From positions 4,278,001 to 4,342,000 of the forward strand of contig OX597814.1 in the NCBI GenBank assembly GCA_951406725.2: a DNA stretch of 64,000 nucleotides. Direction: 5' to 3'. Positions 12,429-23,267 of this stretch are shown in pieces; the stretch's first letter is position 1, and every line of letters starts with the position of its first letter. A program made the translations under genes and the position numbers. The notes below the pieces were generated by a model. It worked only from the letters and a program-made list of their open reading frames with translations. It was not told where the DNA came from and did no database searches. Source of the DNA: Octopus vulgaris. Taxonomy: Eukaryota.

Positions 12429-13008
12429 TTGCTAAACTTGGGGTTGGTCGTCTTTTGCCAATTAAACATTGACACTTAATATTTGGTTTTCCCTTTGGTT
12501 TTGTTGTTGTTGTTATTATTCTTATTGTTATTTTATTTGCCAGTCAAAGTTTTTTTTATACAACACACTCTGTGACCTCTTCATTGGTTCTCTATGCCAT
12601 GTGTCTCCTTTTGTCCTCCAGACAGGACAATAAACTAAAAATAATAAAGCTAAAGAGAAAATCACATAAACAGTGTGGGTGTTTAATCAGCAAAAGATGA
12701 CCCTCCCAAAATATAACAATATCTGTTTCAACACGCAATCAAGAATCGGGCAAAACAAATACACAAACGTATATATATATATATACACATACATACATAC
12801 ACACAGACATATATTCTTTTACTTGCTTCAGTCATTTGACTGCGGCCATGCTGGAGCACCGCCTTTAGTCGAACAAGCTGACCCTAGGACTTATTCTTTG
12901 CAAGCGTAGTACTTATTTTAATCGGTCTCTTTTGCTGAACCACTAAGTTATGGGGACCTAAGCACACCAACATTGGTTGCCAAGCAATGATGGTGGAAGG
13001 GAGAAACA

Positions 13009-13043
<35 letters not shown>

Positions 13044-13060
13044 ATTTGTGTCTGTGTTTG

Positions 13061-13098
<38 letters not shown>

Positions 13099-13115
13099 CA
13101 TACATACATACATAT

Positions 13116-13706
13116 AATTGAAAAGAAAGAGGAGAGTGGAGATTTAGTCACATCCAAAACTTTCTATTAAAAAACAGTTTTCTACATCATACATAACAAT
13201 GCCCAACATCTGTTTCTGCTGCACCAACTGCACATTGCTCTGTATGCAATTATGCATCCTAGTCGCTGCCGTTTCCTCAAGGGTCCATCACTCCCGATGC
13301 TTTCGAAGTGAACTAATTCAAACAAGCCTCCCGCATTGGTATTCAGTCAAAGGTGACAGTGTCACTTATGGAATCGAATTGAATTCTGCTCTTTAATTCA
13401 CCTCGGCTGCTGCTATCACAGTTGAAGTGTGGCTTATAAAATGTTTATTTATGTTACAATTAATTGTAGCAGTTTGGTTTACATTTTACCGTGTGGAGTA
13501 CATTATTTTGATTCAACTGTAATACCAGCAGAGAGGATTAGGAGACCAGAGTTCAATTCAATTCAAAAACTAATGCGATAAGCTTGTTTGGATTAGTTAG
13601 CATATATAAGACTATTGGTCAGCGTCGTCCATGCTGTAGAAAACGTTTTTTTAATAGAAAGTTTTGGATGCAACTAAATCTCCGCTCTCCTCTTCGTTTT
13701 CTATTG
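13116..13706. repeat. Old ~590-bp foldback with a decayed hammerhead in one arm
   Basis: Nested reverse-complement blocks (GATTTAGT..TCCAAAACTTTCTATTAAAAAAC; AACTAATTCAAACAAGC; CACAGTTGAA) around centre TACAATTAATTGTA. Confidence 0.8.
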
Positions 13707-13892
13707 TATATTCTATGGAACCTTTGCAGTTCTGAATAAGAACAAGGAACCACCCAACAAGTACAGCTTACAAGCACCAGTATCTATCTAAGCTTGAGTA
13801 TTATGTAATTCAAACGTTGTGGATAGATTGCGTTTAAACAGTTTTATAAAATAATCCAGTACCCACCAGGATAATAAATAAATATATATATA

Positions 13893-14297
13893 GGCGCAGG
13901 AGTGGCTGTGTGGTAAGTAGCTTGCTTACCAGCCACATGGTTCCGGGTTCAGTCCCACTGCGTGGCACCTTGGGCAAGTGTCTTCTGCTATAGCCTCGGG
14001 CCGACCAAAGCCTTGTGAGTGGAGTTGGTAGACGGAAACTGAAAGAAGCCCGTCGTATATATGTATATATATATGTATATATATGTGTGTGTATATGTTT
14101 GTCCCCACCCCCAACATCACTTGACAACCGATGCTAGTGTGTTTACGTCACCGTAGCTTAGCGGTTCGGCAAAAGAGACCGATAGAATAAGTACTGGGCT
14201 TACAAAGAATAAGTCCCGGGGTCGATTTGCTCGACTAAAGGCGGTGCTCCAGCATGGCCACAGTCAAATGACTGAAACAAGTAAAAGAGTAAAGAGT
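13893..14297 (+). mobile_element. SINE family A
   Basis: Full-length copy. Confidence 0.9.
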
Positions 14298-14465
14298 ATA
14301 TATATATATATATATATATATAGACAATAAGAAAATGGAGAAAAAGCAACAAATAGAAGTATGTCTGTTGTGCTAAAAAGCCATTGCTTAATTAAATAAT
14401 GGCAATTTACCACCAAAGATAAACTTCTATTTGTTGTTTTCCCTCCATTTTCTTATCATCTATAT

Positions 14466-14666
14466 CAGTGCTTTTCAAACTTTTTGCTGGAGCGGAACCC
14501 CAAGAAAACATTTCACTGGCTCGAGGAACCCCTGTGCAATAATTTAATTGTCTTATGCACACATATCTGCACAGGAGAATTAAAAATTACTGCCGATTTT
14601 AGCATTTTTGTAACTTTTTGCAGAACCCCTGGACTGTACTGGTGGAACCCTGGTTGAAAACCACAG
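14466..14666. mobile_element. hAT (Charlie-like) MITE
   Basis: TIRs CAGTGCTTTTCAA / TTGAAAACCAC(A/T)G; 8-bp TSD (A/G)TCTATAT. Confidence 0.8.
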
Positions 14667-15003
14667 GTCTATATATATACATTAAACTACGGTTTACCTT
14701 TTTAAGTTACATGCTGCCGTATACCTTATACCAAGGATCATACTTACGGAGGTAATTACCAGGAGTGCCTCTGAATACTTCTGTCCCTTAGAGGGCTTAA
14801 CACCTACAACTTATCCCTTATAAAGTAATATATGTATGTATGTATGTATGTGCATATGTTTGATTGCCTGTGTTTGTCCTCCCAACATCGCTTGACAACC
14901 GATGGTGGTGTGTTTATGGCTCCGTAACTTAGCGGTTCAGCAAAAGAGACCAATAGAATAAGTACTAGGCTTACAAAGAATAAGCTCTGGGGTCGATTTT
15001 CTC

Positions 15004-15043
<40 letters not shown>

Positions 15044-16433
15044 TCACACATATACAAACGTGTGTGTATATGTATATATATACACACACATATAGACATC
15101 TATCAATACTTAGTTCACATACATACTCACACTGACCCCTTAAACACTGGGCAGGGTCTGTTTTACATAGTCTAACTACTAAGACATTGCCGGGAGAGTA
15201 AGACAGTTAACAGACTCTGCCATATATGGCCATATATGGCATAAAGTCTGTCTAATAGCAAACAGACCCCACCACACATGGTCTAACTATGTAACAACAA
15301 ACAGACCCAAATATACATGGTCCAACTGTATAACATAGTAAACGGCCCCTAAAATATAAGGTCTAACTTTGTATAGCAGTGAACTGATTCATCTAGACAT
15401 GGTCTAACTCTTTAAGACACTGGCTATAAACAGACTACAAAGCTTCAGTTTTTCAGTGTTGAACATGTTTAGAACAGCCCTGGGGGGTGGGGGTTTGTGG
15501 AGAGGTGGGGCAGGGGGTGTTGTGTGTGGAGGTGGGTGGGGGACATGAGGTGATGAGTGCACGTGGGAGGGTGGGGGTGTATATGTGTGTGGGACGGTCA
15601 GTGAGGGTGGTGGTGGGGAGGTGCATTGAGTGAAGGATCAGAATGTATAGTGCGTGTGTGTGTGTGTCTGTGTGTGTGTGTGTGTGTATGGTGTGCTTTA
15701 AAACAGAAACAGAAGGAAATATATCTGAATTACATAGCGACAGTGCCATCACACCCACACACACACACACACACACACAATATAAAGATGAGGTGGAGGA
15801 GGGGAGGAACGTGCTGTTGAAGAACTGTTTACCATCTTCAGTTGGTTTCTGAAGAACTAAATTAAAAGCCAAGCCCACTATTTGATTAGTAGCACACAAA
15901 TTGCCAAGCCAAGCCCAGGAATTCTTCTGGGCTGTGGACCCAATTTTTTGTTATGTTAAGCCTGCTACCATTTTCGACAAGGGACAACGCTTTCTCTCCC
16001 CAATATTGGTCAATGAATCCTACAGGTTGACATGGCGCTGTTTCTCACAAACCCAAGAATCAGCCAAGCTGTTCCATGCTGTCTACCAACCCCCAACCAG
16101 ACAGCTCCAACAATCGCATTGGAGTCTTTTTTCTCTCTCTTTTTCAGGTTTTTTTTTTTAAATCATCAAATCACAGTTTTACAAGGAAACCGAGTAAATG
16201 TTGCAGGAGGTAGCAGCAGCGAGTAACAGGAAGAGGAGACAGAGAGAGAGAGAGGAGACAGAGAGAGAGAGAGAGGAGGAGGGAGAGAAAGAGTGAGTGA
16301 GAGAGAGAGAGAGAGGGGGGAGGAACAGGGAGTGTAGGGCTGCATTAAATAAGTTGAAAGAAAAAATAGGAAGCCGCTACGACGACCGGAACCGTCACCA
16401 CCAGCACCATCACAATGGTTGGGTTGTCAGGAA

Positions 16434-16499
16434 TCACTGGTCTTGGAGAGACGCTTTTATAGCTTCTTCAATCATCTCTTGCTCATGTTTAGAGAAATC
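16434..16499 (-). CDS. RNF166: RNF166-like exon 5, terminal (DFSKHEQEMIEEAIKASLQDQ*), ubiquitin-interacting motif
   Basis: Polypyrimidine tract plus CCAG acceptor; UIM-like acidic-AIxxSL pattern; TGA at 16434-16436. Confidence 0.9.
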   Translation of the reverse strand, partial: DFSKHEQEMIEEAIKASLQDQ

Positions 16500-16586
16500 C
16501 TGGAAAAAAAGAAAAATTTTAATCATCATCATCATCATCATCATTTTAGTGTTTTCTTTTCCTTTTTTTTTTTTTTTTTTCCCCAT

Positions 16587-16943
16587 TCGTTTCAGTCTGT
16601 AGACTCTGGCCATGTTAAATCACCATCTCGAAAAATATCTGGTCAACCAAATTAATTCCAGTACTTCTTTTCTAAAACTTGGTACTTACTCTGTCGGTCT
16701 TTTTTGCTGGACCGCTAAGTTACACCGACACCATTTGTCAAACAATGTTGGCGGAGAGGATAAACAAACACACACAAACATATATGATGAGCTTCTTTCA
16801 GTTTCTCCATACTCAGTCCACTCACAAGGTTTTGGTTGACCTGGGGCTACAGTAGAAGACACTCGTCCAAGGTGCCACACAGTGGTCTTGAACCCAGAAC
16901 CATGTGGTTGGGAAGTAAGCTTCTTACCATACAGTCAATACCT
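16587..16943 (-). mobile_element. Diverged SINE family A in the last RNF166 intron (duplicate at ~32974-33330)
   Basis: Reverse-complement similarity to family A. Confidence 0.75.
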
Positions 16944-17551
16944 GTGCTTCTCATCCCTGGGTTTTCCAAACCAGCAATGGGTCAGGCAAGACTAAATACC
17001 ACTCACCTGACCAACCATAACGTGTTAGACATCATCATCATTATCATCATTTAACGTCCGTTTTCTATGCTGGCATGGGTCAGATGGTTCGACTGGGGTC
17101 TGGGAAGCCAGGAGGCTGCACCAGGCTCCAATCTGATCAGGCAATGTTTCTACGGCTGGATGCCCTTCCTAATGCCAACCACCCCAAGAGTGTAGTGGGT
17201 GCCTTTTTACATACCACCGGCACAGGGGCCAGTCAGGCAGTACTGGCAATGACCTCGTTTGAATCTTTTTACACATGCCACCGGCACAGGTGCCAGTGGG
17301 AGCTGGCATCGACCACATTTGGATAGTGCTTTTAAGTGTCATTGGCACAGGAGCCAGAGAGAGCTGGCAACAATAAAACCATGTTCACAAGAAATGTATC
17401 GCAAGCTTCTTACCACACAGTCAATACCTGTGTCTCTCATCTCTGGGTTTTCCAAACCAGCAATGGGTCAGACAAGACTAGGTACCACTCACCTGACCAA
17501 AAATAATGTGTCGGACATAACATACAATAAAACCATGATCACAATACTTAC

Positions 17552-17659
17552 AACAAATGTATCGTATTCAAAGCGATGCCTCAAGCTCAAGTGACGAATG
17601 AAGTTAGCACTGAGTCTATGGGGATCACCCCATGGCATAGAGGTACATATAGGGCACAC
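17552..17659 (-). CDS. RNF166: RNF166-like exon 4 ([13 protein letters not shown]...HRFEYDTFV)
   Basis: TTTTACAG acceptor and GTAAGT donor; 108 bp. CPICxxMPWGDP...YDTFV Di19-type finger. Confidence 0.95.
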
Positions 17660-18360
17660 CTGTAAAATATGCAAACAAACAATACACCTGTAATACATAT
17701 ACACAAATAAGACACCTGAAAAACTGAAATTAATATAATCCAAATAAGAAAACAATGAAAGAGTTTATCAGTTCCTCACAAAAGACAACCAATTCCAAAT
17801 GCTTCTATACCAATTCCATTTTCAACATCAGTACATGCAATCTGGACAATTCTTTTAGTCTTTTACTTGTTTCAGTCATTTGACTGTGGTCATGCTGGTC
17901 AAACAAATCGACCCCAAGACTTATTCTTTGTAAGCCTAGTATTTATTCTATTGGTGTCTTTTGCCGAACTGCTAAGTTACAGGGACATAAACACACCAAC
18001 ATTGATTGGCACAGGGTCCAGAGGAAGCTGGCAAACGGCCATGATCAGTTGGTACTTTTTACGTGTCACCGACACGGACGCCAGTCAGGCGGCGCTGGCA
18101 TCAGCCACGTTCGGATGGTGCTTTATACATGCCACTGGCACAAGCATCATAACTACAATTTCCATTTGATTTTTATTTTGATGTTGGTGTTGACGTACTT
18201 GACTCAATAGGTCTCCTCAAGAACAGCGGGTCACTCTACAATCCAAGGTTAACACAGCAGGCCGTCCTGCAAGCCATGAACTCCTTTTATTTGCCGGGTT
18301 TTCACAGTCACAGCATATCTCCAGAGGTCTCGGTCTTTCGTCATAGCCTCTGTGAGGCTC

Positions 18361-18394
<34 letters not shown>

Positions 18395-18500
18395 GGTGTA
18401 TCTGTGTTTGTGCCCCCATATATATTTATATACATATATATTTATATACATATATATATATCTGTAAAAATGGCTTATTGGTGAGCAATGTTATTTCTAA

Positions 18501-18590
18501 TCTCCTCCCTGATCATCGTTGATACATTTTTTCACATTATTCTTCCACTCAGATTTATTTTAATGTATCATTTGAAACATGTCGGTGATG
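18501..18590 (+). ncRNA. Decayed type I hammerhead (duplicate at ~34892-34980)
   Basis: CC-CTGATCA...TGATACATT(loop)AATGTATCA..GAAAC-AT-GTC-GG; palindromic stem III ACATGT; G8 mutated. Confidence 0.5.
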
Positions 18591-18650
18591 TAGTGATATA
18601 AATTATTTAAATAATATCTTGAGCAGTTGTCTCCATTTTCCTTTACTCTC

Positions 18651-18685
<35 letters not shown>

Positions 18686-19204
18686 CATGCTTTTTTAACT
18701 AATTGATGAAGAGCAATATATACAGGAAGGAATGAAAGACAATCCCCAACCCCCAAATGCATCAGGACATGGCACTGGGTGATGTGAAGTTCTTTAATCA
18801 GGAACCACGTGGTTGTGAAACAAACATCTTACCATGCAGCCACTCCTGGGCCTATGTATGTCATTTTATCAACCATATCACTGAAAGTGGATGGTAGCTG
18901 TTGAAGATGGAAACCCAGGAAGACATGGGATGAAGTGGTGAGGACTGATCTTAGGATGTTGGGGACTCACAGAAGAAATGACACAGGACCGAGATGTCCG
19001 GAGAGATGAGGTTCTTGTGAAGACCCACACACATCAGCAAAACTGAGTTCTAGAAGCGTGTGTCCCACCTACACATGACAGAACCTTCACACACCCTACA
19101 CCCAACAGACCAAACTACATCTCTCCGAAACTCTATCTCTTCCCTTCCTCACATTTCCTCTTAAAAACTGTTGTTATCATTATTATTATTATTATTATTA
19201 TTAT

Positions 19205-19647
19205 TGAGAGAGCAGTGCATGCCATCAAAGTGACATTGGGGTAAAATATACGAAGCCCAATATACCCATCATGACTACCCGTCTGATAAGGGTACACCAG
19301 GCACATGCATCACAACCATATGTGCACGACATGGTGATCTCATATCCAGATAAACAGTGCATGACTTTACAGGTGGGGCTCAGTTAGAATTTTCTTCCGG
19401 TCAAATAACCCATCCCACTCAAAAAGGTCCCTGAATAAGGATCGTTTAAGGATGATGAACAAAACACCCATGTTTCCAAAGGTGAATTATCCAGACCTCT
19501 AAGAATTCCTTTCAACACATGGCTATGATGCTCCCCACCACTTCTTCTGCTTGTGATCAGAGATGCACATATCGTCAGCCACTAAGGGACATGCTCAACT
19601 GGTTAAGGTCAAACAACTGACAAGCAAATCTGTGGTATGAAGCAGAA

Positions 19648-19650
<3 letters not shown>
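19205..19650 (-). mobile_element. Retroelement 3' segment embedded in (TAA)n (also 35588-36030 and 58572-58907)
   Basis: Shared GAGAGCAGTGCATGCCATCAAAGTGACA terminus; both flanks are (TTA)n at two independent loci. Confidence 0.7.
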
Positions 19651-19677
<27 letters not shown>

Positions 19678-19682
<5 letters not shown>

Positions 19683-19753
19683 TCACTGCCTGGAATTGAA
19701 CTTGGTATCTTGGGGTTAGTAGCCTGACTTCTTAACCACAACACCTTATGCCT
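19678..19753 (-). mobile_element. tRNA-derived head followed by (AAT)n; same family as 56503-56577
   Basis: GTGGTTAAGA..GGCTACTAACCCCAAGAT..GTTCAATTCCAGGCAGTGACCTGAAT. Confidence 0.7.
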
Positions 19754-19829
19754 TTTGTTTTAGTCTGTTTTTCCAAGCTTGTCTTTCTTATCCTTGCCCG
19801 TTATTTCTTTCTCCAAGGAAAGGATAACA

Positions 19830-19876
<47 letters not shown>

Positions 19877-19946
19877 ACACACATATGTATGCACCTGCAT
19901 TGAGTACAACAAGGCTGGGGAGGTCAGCATTCTACTTTAAATAACA

Positions 19947-20690
19947 AGGCAATGACTAGTGACTGGGACCTTTGGAGATATGCTGTGCATGAGAAGACCC
20001 GGCAAGCCAAGTGAGACCATACCCCATGGCCTATGCCAGTGGTGTAACTGGCCCACTTATGAGTACCCCTCATTCGTTTGAGAATAAACTTTGCTTGCGA
20101 AAACCTGTTGAGGCAAGTGAAATCAAAATCACTGACATGGCCAATGACAGTACCACCTGATTGGTACTTGTGCTAGAGGAATGTTAAAAGCAGGTCCAAG
20201 AGTGATTGTTGCCAGGGCCACGGATTGGCTCCCGTGCCGGTGACATGTGAAAAGCCCCAGTCGAGCATGGTCGTTGCCAGTTCCGCGGCACTGTGCCAGT
20301 GGAATGTGACAAAACAACATTCGAGCATGGTCATTGCCAGTTCCGCGGCACTGTGCCAGTGGAATGTGAAAAACAACATTCGAGCATGGTCGTTGCCAGT
20401 TCCGCGGCACTGTGCCAGTGGAATGTGACAAAACAACATTCGAGCATGGTCATTGCCAGTGCTGCCAGACAGGCTCCTGTGCAAGTAGCACACAAAAAAC
20501 ACCTTTTGAGCGTGGTCGTTTCCAGAACCGCCTGACTTGTCCTCGTGCCGATGGCACGTAAAAGCACCCACTACACACTTGGATTGGTTGGTGTTAGGAA
20601 GAGTATCCAGCTGTAGAAACTCTGCAGTCCCCAGTCAAACCATCCAACCCATGCCAGCATGGAAAGCGGACGTTAAACGATGATGATGAT
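19947..20690 (+). mobile_element. RTE LINE 3' end with ORF terminus (DWDLWRYAVHEKT) and tandem 3'UTR units (duplicate 36308-36937)
   Basis: Translation and UTR similarity. Confidence 0.85.
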
Positions 20691-20742
20691 GAATGATAAG
20701 AGGTCATACCACTCAGTCCTGCCAGTAATTGTTGCACTGATG

Positions 20743-21068
20743 GGTGTGAAGGCCATGGCTCAGTGGTTAGGGCATTCAGCTCATGATCATAAAGGCGTGA
20801 GTTTGATTTCTGATGACACATTGTGTCCTTGAGCAAGACACTTTATTTCACGTTGATCCAGTCCACTCAACTGGTAAAAATAAGTAGGACCTGTATTTCA
20901 AAGGGACCAGCCTTGTCACATTCTGTGCCATGCTGATTCTCCCTGAGAACTACGTTAAGGGTACGCATGTCTGTGGAGTACTCAGCCACTTGCATGTTAA
21001 TTGCACAAGCAGGCTGCTCTGTTGATCAGATCAACTGGAACCCTCATCAGCACAACCAACAGAGTACC
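20743..21068 (+). mobile_element. tRNA-derived SINE sharing its 3' half with family C (duplicate ~36990-37315)
   Basis: TGGCTCAGTGG A box, GTGTCCTTGAGCAAG core, then ACCTGTATTTCAAAGGG... as at 1127-1305. Confidence 0.8.
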
Positions 21069-21320
21069 AATTAGCATCAATTAGCACTGATGGACTCAGT
21101 TTAAGTCTCTTTTTGGTTTGGTTGGTTAATTAGCCCCAGGTATATGACCTCTGACCCTCATTGACCACCATCAGTATGACCTGTGAATTCCACCAGTTAC
21201 ATCTATAGAATCTAATGTATCGTGGTCACTGCCACGACCACTGTGCTGTACCAGTATATTACTGGTACATTCTTTTTATGACAACAAAGTAAAGAAGGAA
21301 AGAAACTGCTGAGGACTTAC

Positions 21321-21539
21321 AACTTTGGCATTGCTGGTCGAATGATGCGTGAGACAGTGTTGGACAAAAGATGGACAGTCGAGATTACGGACACCACAGT
21401 AAGGACATTGGAACGTTGATCTGTTGGGGACATTGCTAGGACAGGGTTGTGAGGTAGGAGCTACAGGTTTGAACTGGGGCATTTTTTTGTCCATCTTGCT
21501 GCATTGCATTGAGTGTTGCTTCAACTTGGAGAGACTCAT
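21321..21539 (-). CDS. RNF166: RNF166-like exon 3 (MSLSKLKQHSMQC...PTSQPCPSNVPNRSTFQCPYC...HCLTHH)
   Basis: TTCCAG acceptor and GTAAGT donor; 219 bp, phase 0/0. The PTSQPxPSNxPNRSTFxCPYCGxRNLD motif is characteristic of RNF166. Confidence 0.94.
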
Positions 21540-21959
21540 CTGGAATAAAAGAGAAAGAAAGGAGAAAAACCATTAGTGGCAGGATGGCATTGGCACACAA
21601 CCACTGCTCATAAAGAATAATCATTGCTAGGCTAATTAAAACTAATTACTGCTAAATAATCCTTCCTGCTCTTGGCACAAGGCCTATAGTTTTGAGGGAG
21701 GGGGAAAACCCATTCCGTTAACCCCAGCGGTTTCTTCTTTTGCTCTTTCATTCTTATACCTGTTTTAGTCACTTGGCTGCGGCCATGCTGGAGCACCACC
21801 TTTAGTTGAACAAATATCCGCCCCAGGACTTATTCTTTGTAGGCCTAGCACTTACTCTATCGGTCTCTTTTTGCCAAACCACTAAGTTACGGGAACATAA
21901 ACACACCAATATCAATTGTCAAGCGATGGGGAGGGGCACAAGCACAGACACACACACAA

Positions 21960-21990
<31 letters not shown>

Positions 21991-22085
21991 CATGCATACA
22001 TACATATAACTATGTATGTGTGTATATATATATATGTATGTATGCATGTATGTATGTGTATGTGTGTATATATATATATATATAT

Positions 22086-22393
22086 CACGTGATCACATGA
22101 CCGACCAGGCTATCAGATGTTGCTCCACGTCGCTGGTCACAATGCACTTTGCATTGTGTTAGCCTTCAAATGACGCCACCCGCTGGCCAATCGAGCAGGC
22201 CAACAGAAGAAAGAGTGAGAGAAAGTTGTGGCAAAAGAGTACAGCAGGGATTGCTGCCACCTCCTTTTGGAGCCTCGTGGAACTTTAGGTGTTTTTGCTC
22301 AATAAACACTCACAACGCCTATTCTGGGAATCGAAACCGCAATCCAACGACCACGAGTCCGCTGCCCTAACCACTGGGCCATTGCGCCTTCAC
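22086..22393 (-). mobile_element. tRNA-derived SINE sharing its 5' half with family C
   Basis: Matches 926-1112, then continues with a different tail. Confidence 0.82.
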
Positions 22394-22697
22394 ATATATA
22401 TATATAAGGCAAATAAGAAAATGGAGAGGATAAACAGTTGATAAACATCGGAAAGACAGGGATAAAGAGTCTTCTGGACTTCACAGAGTGTACGAGAGAC
22501 AGTCTATCATAGCATCAGCACAAGACATGTCCTCAATGAGTGATGACCAAAGAGGTCACTTGAGCCAATGACCTCTATAAGAGAGAGGGAAAGAGAGAAT
22601 GGAAGAGAAAGGGGGGGAGAGAGAAAGGGGAGAGGGAGAGAGAAAAGGAGAGAGAGATTACAAAGATGGCAATGGATATCCCCTTGCCAATGCTTAC

Positions 22698-22854
22698 CTT
22701 CTTCACACACCACTGACATGTTCCTTCAGTATTTGATATTCTGGCCTGAATGTCCGTTGCAGTGTGCACAGAACGAGGATTAAACACTGTCCGACAGACG
22801 GGACATTTTGGTTCTGCTAGAGCCATCGACAACGAGATACAATCCATGCAGAAC
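22698..22854 (-). CDS. RNF166: RNF166-like exon 2 (FCMDC...CPVCR...CQWCVKK)
   Basis: TTCCAG acceptor and AAG|GTAAGC donor; 157 bp. Second half of the RING and start of the C2HC finger, colinear with the RNF166/RNF114 family. Confidence 0.93.
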
Positions 22855-23267
22855 CTGGAACCAAACAAGAAGAGATGCAACGGCAAAAAAAAAAAAAAAA
22901 AAACCTTTTTAGACAATAGCAATAAGAATGGAAAATGTTCTGAGGTGCTTTCAGCAGAAAGTGAATGCAACACAAAAACAAGAAAATTCATACAAACAAA
23001 AATAAACATTAAACAACAGCTGGATATGGGTAGGGATATTTCTATCATTAATGCGGAGACATGGGGAAAAATTGGGAAACTGAGGTTGAGTAAACGGGCG
23101 ATAAACTACATTTCATGGGTGAAATGTGTACAGACATCACATTTCAAGGAGAAACATGCAAAGCCAAAATATTCATTGTGGAGAATACAATCAATCTCTA
23201 ATAGAATGGAAGGTTTAAGATTCCTGTGGAGTACAATTCAAAAGCCGTAGTTGTTATCTATAATCGT

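Noticed and set aside
15901-16226. Plus-strand ORFs of 64-102 aa (and duplicate at 32283)
   Set aside because: Antisense to the presumed RNF166 3'UTR, and the frame is not preserved between the two copies.
22750-23250. 166-aa plus-strand ORF
   Set aside because: Antisense to exon 2 and its polypyrimidine tract; no recognisable domain.
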